The notes under the pieces: model-generated
Told to the model about the DNA's origin: nothing
Database searches by the model: none
Seen by the model: only the letters and a program-made list of their open reading frames with translations
Part shown: piece by piece, positions 1 to 10,500 of the stretch
Layout: each line of letters opens with the position of its first letter
How positions within the stretch are numbered: the stretch's first letter is position 1
Position numbers and translations under genes: made by a program
Assembly (NCBI GenBank): GCA_022841545.1
Contig: JALHRF010000004.1
Location: 1,422 to 65,421, forward strand
Direction of reading: 5' to 3'
Length of the DNA stretch: 64,000 nt
DNA from: Bauldia sp.
Lineage (GTDB): Bacteria > Pseudomonadota > Alphaproteobacteria > Rhizobiales > Kaistiaceae

Positions 1-254
1 GGCTTGAACTTGAGGTTGGGCTCCTGGCCGACATAGGGATCGTAGATCGCCTGGAACAGCGCCTGGATGGTCGGGTTCACGGCCGAAGCGCCGACCGTGG
101 GGTCGAAGCTCGGCAGGTTGACGTTGTAGGCAATCGTCACCGTGCCGTCGGCGGCAATGGCTTGCGAGACTAAGCCTCTGCCGACGAGCGGCAGGCTGGC
201 GGTCGCCCCCATGAGCGCAAGCAGGCGGCGGCGGTTGAGCATGGCGGAACGCAT
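1..254 (-). CDS. ABC transporter substrate-binding protein (peptide/nickel family), N-terminal part; runs off the window
   Basis: Manual translation MRSAMLNRRRLLALMGATASLPLVGRGLVSQAIAADGTVTIAYNVNLPSFDPTVG...; twin-arginine signal; GGGAAGAGGGAG purine tract upstream. Confidence 0.75.
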   Translation of the reverse strand, partial: MRSAMLNRRRLLALMGATASLPLVGRGLVSQAIAADGTVTIAYNVNLPSFDPTVGASAVNPTIQALFQAIYDPYVGQEPNLKFK

Positions 255-330
255 TGTCGGACTCTCCCTCTTCCCGTTGTCGTGATACCGGCCCGGGGCG
301 TCCGGTGCCGGCAGGCCGCCCGCGGGCGGC

Positions 331-1419
331 CTATTTCCCTTCGCTTTCCTTCCAGCGGGCCATGAGCCGGTTCGACGGCTCGTTCTCGTCGAAGGCCTTC
401 CGCGCAGTCTCGATGCCGGCGGTCGGATAGAGTTTCGGGTCGAGCAGCCCGACCTGGACGAGGACCGAGGCCTGGTCCCAGTAGATGTGCTCGCTGTAGA
501 TCTTGTCGCCGCGAAAGCGGACGATCGCCACCAGCGGAATCTCCACTTTCCTCCCGGTCGGCTTCACGCCGGGCAGCATCCAGTCGATCTCGTTGTCATG
601 GGTGAAGCAGAACAGCATCTCGTCGACCACGCGGTCGGCTCCAACCGTGCGGCTGATCGGCACCAGCCGCGCATCCTGCGGCGCGGTCGGGATGAAGTGG
701 TGCTTGTAGAAGCGGAGCGTCTCGGCATGGCCGGTGCCGCCGGTCATCACCGGGACATGGTTGACATAAGGCTCCGGGACCATGGTCAGCATGGTCTCGT
801 CGGCGGCGCGGGTGGCGAACTCGAGTTCGGTGTGGCGGTCCCAGATCTTGTCGAGGTCGTAACGGGGCCCGAGCACCCGGCGGAGCAGCTCCAGCGTGCG
901 GGTATAGGCGAGGGTGAAGGACGACTTGTCGAAGCTCTCTCCCGCCTCCGCGAACCCCGGAGCGACCCCGCGATAGTAGAAGGCCTCCACCGCCGGGAAG
1001 CGCGGACGGAGCGCCTCGAAGGTCACGGCGTCGGGATCGGCCAAGTGGAAGATGACCGGCCGGCCCTGCCCGCCCGCCTTGTCGAGAAACGGCGCGATGC
1101 CCTCGCCGTAGTAGATCGCGGCGCAGGCGACGGCCCCGGCGGTGACCGCCTCGAGCGCATGCTTGGCGCCAGTGCCGAGGCCGATGGCGCCGATCTGTCC
1201 TGCGGTCTCACGGCGGGTGTTGAGCGCCTTGACCGCCTCGGCATAGCTGTCATCGACGACGAGGGTGACATAGCCCTCCTCGGCATAGAGGTCGGCGAGC
1301 GCCGTCAGGTTCCGCGCGCCGCCCGCGCCGGCGAAGATCAGCAGTCCCGGGCCGCTCCCGCTCGCAGGTATGGCGAGATATCCGCGCCCGCCGCCCACTT
1401 CGATCCAACGTGATTCCAT
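331..1419 (-). CDS. Dienelactone hydrolase-like domain fused to SnoaL-like domain
   Basis: N-terminal GYLAIP..GPGLLI / LADLYAEEGY DLH fold; C-terminal WDRHTELEF..PYVNHVPVMTGG..EHIYWDQASVL SnoaL-type domain. Confidence 0.85.
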   Translation of the reverse strand: MESRWIEVGGGRGYLAIPASGSGPGLLIFAGAGGARNLTALADLYAEEGYVTLVVDDSYAEAVKALNTRRETAGQIGAIGLGTGAKHALEAVTAGAVACAAIYYGEGIAPFLDKAGGQGRPVIFHLADPDAVTFEALRPRFPAVEAFYYRGVAPGFAEAGESFDKSSFTLAYTRTLELLRRVLGPRYDLDKIWDRHTELEFATRAADETMLTMVPEPYVNHVPVMTGGTGHAETLRFYKHHFIPTAPQDARLVPISRTVGADRVVDEMLFCFTHDNEIDWMLPGVKPTGRKVEIPLVAIVRFRGDKIYSEHIYWDQASVLVQVGLLDPKLYPTAGIETARKAFDENEPSNRLMARWKESEGK

Positions 1420-1511
1420 ACGCCCCCACGTGTTTCCGGCGGTGATTGACGCCCAACCGACGATGTCCTCCCGCGCCGGTCGCGTAAAGGCGGCCGCGGC
1501 GGTCAGCGAAA

Positions 1512-1555
1512 TACTTTATCCTTAAAATAATGAACCGGCCTCCGGCCGCTGTCAA
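1512..1555 (-). promoter_or_regulatory. Sigma70-type promoter with overlapping palindromic operator for the 331..1419 gene
   Basis: Minus strand TTGACA (1555-1550), 17 nt, CATTAT (1532-1527); imperfect palindrome TACTTTA-N4-TAAAATA at 1512-1529 in an AT-rich patch. Confidence 0.65.
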
Positions 1556-1750
1556 AGCGCGCGTGGATGCCAGCGAGTTCGGCCGGCGACTGCGCGCAGG
1601 CGTTAGCTGCGAGTGTGGGGATTTGGGCGGGGAGCACTCGAGCGTCCGGACTGATGCGCAGCCCCGCCCGATGAGGACGCCATGAGATCCGATGACCAGC
1701 AAGCGCACATGGGATAACGGGTGGCCGCCCCTGAGCTTGGGCGGTTGAGC

Positions 1751-1945
1751 GGTCGTCCCTGACCATGATGGTGTCGCGGAGTCCGGACTGGGCCGGCTCC
1801 AAACATCACGGAGGGACGACCTCAAGAGCTGGCCGATGCGCCTTGCCCGCCGCGCCGGTCCGAAGAAGGCCAAGATGACGCTCGCTCGCAAGCTCGCGGT
1901 GATCCTCCACCGCATGCACTGCGACGGCACACGGTTCAAGCTTGC
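1751..1945 (+). mobile_element. IS110-family remnant: left end joined directly to the last ~40 codons of the transposase
   Basis: Inverted repeat GGTCGTCCCT (1751) / AGGGACGACC (to 1821) containing a GGAGG RBS, then LKSWPMRLARRAGPKKAKMTLARKLAVILHRMHCDGTRF, typical of an IS110 transposase C-terminus. Confidence 0.7.
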
Positions 1946-2161
1946 CGAAACGCCGACAGCGGAGCGGCCCGCTCGTCCCCACCGCCAGCAGCCTGGCGCC
2001 ATGCTCGCCGCCCTCAAGGCCGCTCATGCGCTGCCTTCGGCGACCGCGGCGCGGGAGCGAGAAGCCGCGCGCTCCGGCCGAAATCACTTGAAGCTTGAAG
2101 TTTCGCGGGAGCCCTGAGACAGTTGCGTCAAATTCCGGAACCGCCCGAGGGAGAAGAGCAC

Positions 2162-2944
2162 ATGTCCGGCGATCTCTTGATGCAATTTGCGGCTGCCATC
2201 GCCGACGGCAGCGTGAAGGTGATCGACCTCACGCAGACGCTCCGTCCCTCGACGCCGGTGATCCAGCTCCCCCCGCCCTTCGCGCCGTCGGATCCATTCT
2301 CGATCAGCGTCATCTCCAACTACGACGAGCGCGGGCCGGCCTGGTACTGGAACAACCTCAAGCTCGGCGAGCATACCGGCACGCATTTCGATGCGCCGAT
2401 CCACTGGGTCACCGGCAAGGACCATGGCGACGGCGCCACCGACACGATTGCCGTCAAGCGCTTCATTGCGCCCGCGGTGGTGATCGACTGCTCGAAGGAG
2501 GCCGCGGCCGACGAGAAGTTCGTCTGCGAGCCCGCGCATGTCGAGGCATTCGAGGCCAGGCACGGCCGCATCCCCGACGGCGCCTGGGTGCTGATGCGGA
2601 CCGACTGGTCGAAGCGCACCGACCCGGCGAAATTCCTCAACATGAAGGAGGATGGCCCGCACGTGCCCGGGCCGAGCGCGGCTTGCGTGAAATTCCTGGT
2701 CGAGGAGCGGAACGTCAACGGCTGGGGCGTCGAGGCGGTCGGCACCGATGCCGGCCAGGCCTTCGCCTTCGAGCCCGCCTTCCCCGCCCACCACCTGATG
2801 CACGGCGCCAACAAGTTCGGCCTCGCCAGCCTCACCAATCTCGACCAGCTGCCGCCGACTGGCGCGGTGCTGGTCACCACACCGCTCAAGATCGAGAAGG
2901 GCTCCGGCAGCCCGCTTCGGGTTCTGGCGCTGGTCGGGACCTGA
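2162..2944 (+). CDS. Cyclase family metal-dependent hydrolase (kynurenine formamidase/isatin hydrolase-like)
   Basis: GEHTGTHFDAPIHW metal motif; KIEKGSGSPLRVLA C-terminus; start set at the ATG after GGAGAAGAG. Confidence 0.9.
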   Translation: MSGDLLMQFAAAIADGSVKVIDLTQTLRPSTPVIQLPPPFAPSDPFSISVISNYDERGPAWYWNNLKLGEHTGTHFDAPIHWVTGKDHGDGATDTIAVKRFIAPAVVIDCSKEAAADEKFVCEPAHVEAFEARHGRIPDGAWVLMRTDWSKRTDPAKFLNMKEDGPHVPGPSAACVKFLVEERNVNGWGVEAVGTDAGQAFAFEPAFPAHHLMHGANKFGLASLTNLDQLPPTGAVLVTTPLKIEKGSGSPLRVLALVGT

Positions 2945-3055
2945 GGCGCTCCAGGCCGGACGCCGGCGCGTTCGCGGCGCGGCGTCGTCGCGAGGCGGCT
3001 TGACGGCGGCACACTGCCAAGCGAGCCTCGCGCCTCGTAGACGGGAGGACTGGCG

Positions 3056-3604
3056 ATGCTTCGCTCCGCAATACTGCTGCTGGCACTTGTGTGTGCGCCG
3101 GGCGGCGCAGCTATGGCCGAGCCAGCAGGCCCGGACGAGGTCACGTCCGCCTATCACATGTTCTTCCCGGCCGCGGTCGGCCCCGTCGGAAATTTCGCCG
3201 ACCTGGGCGCCGCCATCGCCAAGGGGCTTGATGGCGACTGGTACCGGGCCGACATCCTTGGCTCGGTCGACCCGGAAAAGGTCAGGACCATCTGCAGCAG
3301 GACGCCGAACCACGTCACCACCGCCCCGAACGAGATCACCCTTGTCCAGGAATCGAAGCCCGCACCGGTGACCTACCGCTACACCTATATGGGCGGCAGC
3401 CTCTACTCGGAGTGGGTCGACATGCCGGCGCTGTTCGCGCGGCTCGGCGTCGAGAAGATGCCCGACGAGGAGAAGCGCCGCCTGATGGAGTTGAGCGTGC
3501 TCCGCAGCAACGGTGGCTTCGTCGTCATCGTCCGGGCTTCGGTCAACGTCTTCTGGATGTATTCGCTGGCCGGCGGCCCGCGCCTCTACGCCCGTTGCGG
3601 GTAA
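3056..3604 (+). CDS. Hypothetical exported protein
   Basis: GGAGG RBS; Sec-type signal peptide MLRSAILLLALVCAPGGAAMA; coding-like codon usage. Confidence 0.7.
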   Translation: MLRSAILLLALVCAPGGAAMAEPAGPDEVTSAYHMFFPAAVGPVGNFADLGAAIAKGLDGDWYRADILGSVDPEKVRTICSRTPNHVTTAPNEITLVQESKPAPVTYRYTYMGGSLYSEWVDMPALFARLGVEKMPDEEKRRLMELSVLRSNGGFVVIVRASVNVFWMYSLAGGPRLYARCG

Positions 3605-3610
3605 GCGGTC

Positions 3611-4777
3611 TCAGGCGATCTCGCTGATCTTGACCCAGCGCCGCTCGTCGACCGACTTGAGCACGGCGTCAACCACGCGGTTGATCTCGAGCCCGAACCG
3701 GAAATCGGGAAACGCCTTCTTGCCCGTCGCGATGGCAACGACGAGATCATGCGCCTCGATGATCTTCTGGTCGTTGTAGCCGAGGCCGATGCCGGGGATC
3801 GGGAAGAACGCCCCGTAGTTCGGGTGCTCGGGGCCGATGAACACCGTCTTGTAGCCGCGCTCGGCTGCCGGCTCGGTGTGGCGGTAGAGCTGGACCTCGT
3901 TCATCCGCTCCTGCGTATAGAACAGCGCCCCCTTGGAGCCCTGGATCTCGTAGGTGAGCCAGAGCTTCCGCCCGGTGCCGATGCGGCTCGCCTCGATCAC
4001 CCCCATGGCGCCGGACGTGTAGCGGATCAGGAACTGGACGACGTCGTCGTTCTCGACCGCGCGGCGCGGCGCATCGGCGGTGGCCTTGGCGCTGTGGCCG
4101 GAGCCGCCGGCGGCGACGCGCCGCTCCTTGATGAAGGTGCCGGTCATGCCGCACACCTCATCGATCTCGCCGACGAGGTATTGCGAGTAGGAGAGGGTGT
4201 GCGAGGCCATGTCGCCGAGCGCGCCGGACCCGGCGATCTTCCTGTCCTGCCGCCACGAGAAGGGGACGTCGGGATCCGACATGAAGTCCTGGTCGAACGT
4301 GCCGCGGAAGAGGTTGACCGCGCCGATCTCGCCCTTGTCGATGATCGCCTTGGCGAACCCCTGGCCGGGATTCTTGAGGTAGTTGAAGCCGACCAGCGTC
4401 ACGACACCGGCCTTCTCCGCCGCGTCCGTCATCGCCTTCGCCTCGGCCGCGGTGTTGGCGAGCGGCTTCTCGCAATAGACGTGCTTGCCGGCCTCCGCCG
4501 CGGCGATGGCGATCGGCGGGTGGAGGTCGTTCGGCGTCGTGATGTCGACCACGTCGACCCGCGGGTCGCCGAGCACGTCGCGCCAGTCGGTGGTCCAGCG
4601 GGCGAAGCCGAACTCCTCGGCCAGCGCCTTCGCCGCCCCCTCGTTGACGTCCGCGACCACCTCGAGCACCGGCATCGCCGGCTCGCGGCCGAAGACCATG
4701 GGCACGGTGCGGAAGGCGGTCGCATGCGCCCGCCCCATCCACCCCGCCCCGACGATGGCAACCCTTACTTCCTTCAT
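3611..4777 (-). CDS. Gfo/Idh/MocA family oxidoreductase (inositol/sugar dehydrogenase-like)
   Basis: GAGWMG Rossmann motif, CEKPLA, GALGDMASH; ATGA overlap with the upstream gene fixes the start at 4777. Confidence 0.92.
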   Translation of the reverse strand: MKEVRVAIVGAGWMGRAHATAFRTVPMVFGREPAMPVLEVVADVNEGAAKALAEEFGFARWTTDWRDVLGDPRVDVVDITTPNDLHPPIAIAAAEAGKHVYCEKPLANTAAEAKAMTDAAEKAGVVTLVGFNYLKNPGQGFAKAIIDKGEIGAVNLFRGTFDQDFMSDPDVPFSWRQDRKIAGSGALGDMASHTLSYSQYLVGEIDEVCGMTGTFIKERRVAAGGSGHSAKATADAPRRAVENDDVVQFLIRYTSGAMGVIEASRIGTGRKLWLTYEIQGSKGALFYTQERMNEVQLYRHTEPAAERGYKTVFIGPEHPNYGAFFPIPGIGLGYNDQKIIEAHDLVVAIATGKKAFPDFRFGLEINRVVDAVLKSVDERRWVKISEIA

Positions 4778-6012
4778 GGCCTTCCCCCCGGCATGTCCTC
4801 GGATAGCTCGACTAAGGCGCCGCCGGCCGCGTTCGAGCGGACCACGGCATCGATGAACTGCACCCCCCGCGCCCCGTCGGCGACGGTGGGGAAATCGACG
4901 ATGCCCGGCGGCAGCACCCATCCGCGCCGCCGGGCATCGATTGCCGCCGAGAACTCGGCGTAGAGATTGGCCCAGGCCTCGATCCATCCCTCGGGATGGC
5001 CGCGCGGCGTTCGCGTCAGGCGAATTGCGGCAGGCCGTGCCCCGGCGCCGACGCCCCGCGACAGGATGCGCGGCGGCTCACCGAAGATGGCGTAGCGGAG
5101 ATATTCCGGGTTCTCCTGGTCCCATTCGAGCCCGGCCTTCTCGCCATAGACCCGGAGGCGGAGGCCGCAGCCATTGCCCGGCGCGACCTGCGTCGCCCAG
5201 AGCAAGCCCGGCACGCCGCCCTCGTAGCGGGCGTTGACGAACACCGTGTCGTCGAGCCCTTTCGGCGCCCCGCAGACGAGCAGGTCGGCGCGGAGACCGG
5301 TCATCCTGAGCCCGGAGACGAAGGTGGCGAGATGATGCGCATGGGTGCCGATGTCGCCAGCGCAGCCGACCGGGCCGCCGCGCGCCGGGTCGAGCCGCCA
5401 CGCCGCCTGCTTGTGGTCGGCCGGCAGCGGCTCGGTCAGCCAGTCCTGGACGTATTCGACATGCACCTGCCGGATGCGGCCGAGGTCGCCCGCCGCGACC
5501 ATCGCCCGCGCCTGGCGCACCATCGGATAGGCGGCGAAGGCATGGGTGACGCCGAACACCAGGCCGCTCCGCGCCGTCCGCTCGACGAGGTCGACCGCAT
5601 CGGCGAGCGTGGTGGTCAGCGGCTTGTCGGAGATGACGTCGATGCCAGTATCGAGGAAGGCGCTGGCGACGGCATGGTGGAGATGATTGGGGGTGACGAT
5701 CGCCACGGCCTCGATCCCGTCCGGCCGCGCCGCCTCCCGCTCCGCCATGACGCGGTAGTCGTCATAGGCGCGGTCCGCGGCGATGTACCAGTCCTTTGCG
5801 GAGGCGCGCGCCGTCTCGGGGTCGGAGGAGAGGCAGCCCGCCACCACCTCCCAGCAATTGCTGAGGCGGGCGCCCATCGCGTGGACGTCGCCGATGAATG
5901 CCCCGCGCCCGCCGCCGACGAAGCCAAGCCTTAGCCGCCGCTCGGGCCGCGGCAGGCGGAGGTCGGCAAAATCGGAGACGTGGAAGCGGCGGGCGCCGTC
6001 GCCGTCGTCCAT
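4774..6012 (-). CDS. Gfo/Idh/MocA family oxidoreductase
   Basis: LGFVGGGRGAFIG, VTPNHLH, SDKPL, GDIGTHA motifs. Confidence 0.92.
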   Translation of the reverse strand: MDDGDGARRFHVSDFADLRLPRPERRLRLGFVGGGRGAFIGDVHAMGARLSNCWEVVAGCLSSDPETARASAKDWYIAADRAYDDYRVMAEREAARPDGIEAVAIVTPNHLHHAVASAFLDTGIDVISDKPLTTTLADAVDLVERTARSGLVFGVTHAFAAYPMVRQARAMVAAGDLGRIRQVHVEYVQDWLTEPLPADHKQAAWRLDPARGGPVGCAGDIGTHAHHLATFVSGLRMTGLRADLLVCGAPKGLDDTVFVNARYEGGVPGLLWATQVAPGNGCGLRLRVYGEKAGLEWDQENPEYLRYAIFGEPPRILSRGVGAGARPAAIRLTRTPRGHPEGWIEAWANLYAEFSAAIDARRRGWVLPPGIVDFPTVADGARGVQFIDAVVRSNAAGGALVELSEDMPGGRP

Positions 6013-6145
6013 TGGGCGTTTCCCTTCCGGCCGGTCCGTTTGTGTCGCCGGCCTGTCGTTGACCGCGAGGATGACTCGCTCGGCTCTGCCATGGCAAGAT
6101 CGCGCGGTGACGTAGAACCATCAACAAACCGCGTCGGGGGGAATC

Positions 6146-7039
6146 GTGTCGATCAGAATCGCCAATGGTCCGGTCTCGTGGGGCGTCTATTACGGCGGGG
6201 ACCCGACCAACATCCCATGGCCGCGCTACCTCGACGAGGTGGCCGCCGCGGGGTTCCGCCACACCGAACTCGGGCCCGTCGGCTACTTGCCGGAGGACCA
6301 GGCGCAGCTCCGGGACGAACTGACCCGGCGCGAATTGACCCTGGTCGGGGGCTTCATCTTCGAGGCGCTGCACGACCCGCGCGAGCGTGACGCCCTCATC
6401 GCGCAGGCCCACCGCACCTGCAGCGTGCTCGCCGGACAGAACGCCCGCCACTACGTGATCATCGACAACCTTCCCGAGGCGCGGGCGAAGACCGCCGGAC
6501 GGAGCGACGCCGCCCCGCGGCTGACGCCGGACCTCTGGGCATCGTTCATGGCCACCATCGTCACGCTCGCCCGGATCGCCCGCGACGATTATGGGCTCGT
6601 CCCCGTCGTCCACCCCCATGTCGGCGGCTATCTCGAGTTCGCCGACGAGGTCGACGCGGCGTTGAACGATCTGCCGGAGGATCTCGTCGGCCTCTGCCTC
6701 GACACCGGCCATCTCGCCTATGCCGGGGTCGATCCGATCGCCCTCTATGAGCGGGTCGCGCCGCGGGTCCGCTATCTTCACTTCAAGAACATCGACCGGG
6801 AGGCGCACGCGGGCGCGATCGCCGACAAGCTCGACCTGTTCTCTGCGATCCCCCGTGGTGTCTTCTGCCCGCTCGGGCAGGGCGTCGTCGACTTCGCCCG
6901 CCTCAAGGCCAGCCTCGACGCCCACGGCTATGACGGCTTCGCCACCATCGAGCAGGATTCGGACCCGCGCACCGGGGCCAGGCCCGCCGAGGACGCGGCC
7001 GCGAGTCTCGCCTATCTCCGGTCGATCGGGATGGTGTAG
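6146..7039 (+). CDS. IolE/MocC-like inosose dehydratase (AP endonuclease 2/xylose isomerase TIM barrel)
   Basis: IANGPVSWG, ELGPVGYLP, HPHVGG, LCLDTGH, HFK, EQD motifs. Confidence 0.85.
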   Translation: MSIRIANGPVSWGVYYGGDPTNIPWPRYLDEVAAAGFRHTELGPVGYLPEDQAQLRDELTRRELTLVGGFIFEALHDPRERDALIAQAHRTCSVLAGQNARHYVIIDNLPEARAKTAGRSDAAPRLTPDLWASFMATIVTLARIARDDYGLVPVVHPHVGGYLEFADEVDAALNDLPEDLVGLCLDTGHLAYAGVDPIALYERVAPRVRYLHFKNIDREAHAGAIADKLDLFSAIPRGVFCPLGQGVVDFARLKASLDAHGYDGFATIEQDSDPRTGARPAEDAAASLAYLRSIGMV

Positions 7040-7061
7040 CCGACCATGCGGGCGACGAGGA

Positions 7062-7391
7062 TCATCCCACCGCGATCAGCACCTTCCCGCCCTCGACCTT
7101 GACCGGGAAGGTCTTCAGGTTGACGCAGACCGGGGCGCCCTTGGCCTGGCCGGTCCGGTAGTCGAACCGGCCGTTGTGTTTTGGGCATTCGATGATGTTG
7201 TCCAGCACCAGCCCGTCCGAGAGGAAGGCGTGCTCGTGGGTGCAGATGCCGTCGGTCGCATAATATTCGTCGTCGGGCGAGCGGTAGATGGCATAGACCC
7301 GCCCGCCATGATCGAAGCGGATCACGTCCTCGGGCTCGATATCGTCGGTCGCGCAGGCCGCGACCCAGGTTCCGCTCACCGTCTCCGTCAT
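7062..7391 (-). CDS. mocE: Rieske-type 2Fe-2S ferredoxin, MocE family
   Basis: CTHE..CPKH Rieske ligands; IRFDHGGRVYAIYR segment characteristic of MocE-type ferredoxins. Confidence 0.8.
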   Translation of the reverse strand: MTETVSGTWVAACATDDIEPEDVIRFDHGGRVYAIYRSPDDEYYATDGICTHEHAFLSDGLVLDNIIECPKHNGRFDYRTGQAKGAPVCVNLKTFPVKVEGGKVLIAVG

Positions 7392-7440
7392 TTGTCCTTC
7401 CCGTGAATGCTGAAGTGCAACGCCTGAACTGCGCCGTCGT

Positions 7441-8568
<1,128 letters not shown>

Positions 8569-8662
8569 CGCTGTTCTCCCCTGTCGTCTCGGAATTCGGT
8601 TGGGACGGGTGCCATAGCCGGTCGCGCCGCGCAAGGCCGCGCATCACGCCGGCCCTAGGCGA

Positions 8663-9445
8663 TCAGTGCGTCATGATCAGGTCGGTCAGCTCGTTGAGCG
8701 AGGTGTCGGCCTTGGCGACGCTCTTCACGCTCTGGCCGTGGGCCATCACCACGAAGCGGTCGCAGACCCGGAAGGCATGGTAGATGTTGTGGGTGACGAA
8801 CACGCAGGAGACGCCGCTCTCGGCGAGTTCCCGCATGATGCCGAGCACCTTCTCCGTCTCGCGAACCGACAGCGCGCTGGTCGGCTCGTCGAGCAGGAGG
8901 ATGTCGCGCTTGAAGTGGACCGCGCGGGCGATCGCCACCGCCTGGGCCTGGCCGCCGGAGAGGTCCTCGACCGGCAGGTCCGGCGAGGTGATGCCGGCGA
9001 TGCGGACGTAGCTGTCGAGGATCTCCATCGAGGTCGCGCGCATCTCGCGCATCTTGAGGAAGCCAAGGGCGTTGGTCGGCTCGCGGCCGGCGAAGATGTT
9101 GCGCATGATCGACATCGAGCCGACCAGCGCGATGTCCTGGTAGATGGTCTGGATGCCGGCGGCTTCCGACTTCCGTCGCGAACTGATGTCGACCGGATCG
9201 CCGTTCCTGAGGAACTGCCCCTCGTCCGGGATGACCACGCCCGAGAGCACCTTGATCAGCGTCGACTTGCCCGCGCCGTTGTCGCCGAGGAGCCCGACCA
9301 CCTCGTTCCGCCCGACATGGAAGTCGACGTTCATCAGCGCGTTGACGTGGCCGTAGGACTTCGAGATGCCCTTCGCCTCGAACAGTGGTGGCCCGTCATG
9401 CACCACGCGGGTCTTCTCGACCTCGACCACAATCACGGTTTCCAT
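8663..9445 (-). CDS. Sugar ABC transporter ATP-binding protein
   Basis: GDNGAGKS Walker A, LSGGQ, LLLDEPT. Confidence 0.93.
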   Translation of the reverse strand: METVIVVEVEKTRVVHDGPPLFEAKGISKSYGHVNALMNVDFHVGRNEVVGLLGDNGAGKSTLIKVLSGVVIPDEGQFLRNGDPVDISSRRKSEAAGIQTIYQDIALVGSMSIMRNIFAGREPTNALGFLKMREMRATSMEILDSYVRIAGITSPDLPVEDLSGGQAQAVAIARAVHFKRDILLLDEPTSALSVRETEKVLGIMRELAESGVSCVFVTHNIYHAFRVCDRFVVMAHGQSVKSVAKADTSLNELTDLIMTH

Positions 9446-9468
9446 GTCGATGCCCTTCCTGGCCCGCC

Positions 9469-10500
9469 TCAGTATTTCCGGCGGACCATCTGGTTAACCA
9501 CTACGCCGACGACGATCATGATGCCGACGAACATGTCGAGATAGAAGCCCGGCAGCCGGGCGAGGATGATGATGTCCTGAACGAGCTGCAGCACCGCGGC
9601 GCCGAGCACGATGCCGATCACCGAGCCGCGCCCGCCGAACAGCGACAGCCCGCCGATGACGCAGATGGCGACGGCGAACAGCTCGATGAAGAACTGCGGC
9701 GCGGTCTGGGCGAGGTTGAGCCGGGTGACGGCGAAGATGCCCGAGATGTTGGCGAAGACCGAGCAGATCACGAACGCGAAGAGCTTGGTCCGGAAGACGT
9801 TGATGCCGGCAAAGCGCGCGGCGTTCGGGTTGCCGCCGGCGGCGAAGAAATGGTTGCCGAGGAAGTGGCGGTTGAGGATCAGGTAAGCGATCACCGCGAA
9901 GCCGATGAACCAGATGAACTGTGCCGGGATCGGCCCGATGCTGCCGACCAGCGCCTCGCGGAACGCCGGCGGCGGCTTGAAGGAGATCGACCGCGTATAG
10001 CCGACGATGAACGGCGCGGCGGTCCGCACGATGAACATCATGCCGAGCGTGGTGATGAAGGACGGGATGCCGAACTTGAGCGTGATCAGGCCGTTGGCGA
10101 GGCCGATGCAGGCGGCGATCGCGACCGAGAAGAGGATCGCGATCGGCAGGGCGACCCCGGCCTCGGTATAGGCGAACGCCATGGCGAAAGGCGTCGCCAC
10201 GAAGACCGCGCCGACGGAGAGGTCGAACTCGCCGGTCACCATCAGGAGCCCGACGCCGAGCGCGACGATGCCGTAGCTCGGGATGGCGCGCAGAAGCAGC
10301 GTCAGGTTAGCCTGGCTGAGGAAGACGAACTTGTCCGGGATGACCAGCCCGACGATCACGCAGGCCGCGAGCAGTCCGAAGAACATGATCGCGACAGGCC
10401 CAGCCGGGTGCACGCGGAGCCGCGTCCAGCGGCTCGCCGGCCGGTAGCGCTTCGCCGCGTGGGCGTGGGTCGATTCCGTCATCGGGCTGGCGGAGGTCAT
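9469..10500 (-). CDS. Sugar ABC transporter permease (RbsC-like)
   Basis: GEFDLSVG, GIPSFITTLG, GGNPNAARFAGI; ATGA overlap at 10497-10500. Confidence 0.92.
   Translation of the reverse strand: MTSASPMTESTHAHAAKRYRPASRWTRLRVHPAGPVAIMFFGLLAACVIVGLVIPDKFVFLSQANLTLLLRAIPSYGIVALGVGLLMVTGEFDLSVGAVFVATPFAMAFAYTEAGVALPIAILFSVAIAACIGLANGLITLKFGIPSFITTLGMMFIVRTAAPFIVGYTRSISFKPPPAFREALVGSIGPIPAQFIWFIGFAVIAYLILNRHFLGNHFFAAGGNPNAARFAGINVFRTKLFAFVICSVFANISGIFAVTRLNLAQTAPQFFIELFAVAICVIGGLSLFGGRGSVIGIVLGAAVLQLVQDIIILARLPGFYLDMFVGIMIVVGVVVNQMVRRKY

Noticed and set aside
1640-1700. Hammerhead ribozyme suggested by CTGATG..GATGAG
   Set aside because: No intact CUGAUGA core with a properly placed GAAA and flanking stems
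1836-2117. 93-aa ORF as an intact gene
   Set aside because: Only the first ~35 residues resemble an IS110 transposase tail; treated as a remnant
3611-4777. Specific call as levoglucosan dehydrogenase or MocA
   Set aside because: It resembles that part of the Gfo/Idh/MocA family, but substrate cannot be assigned without phylogeny
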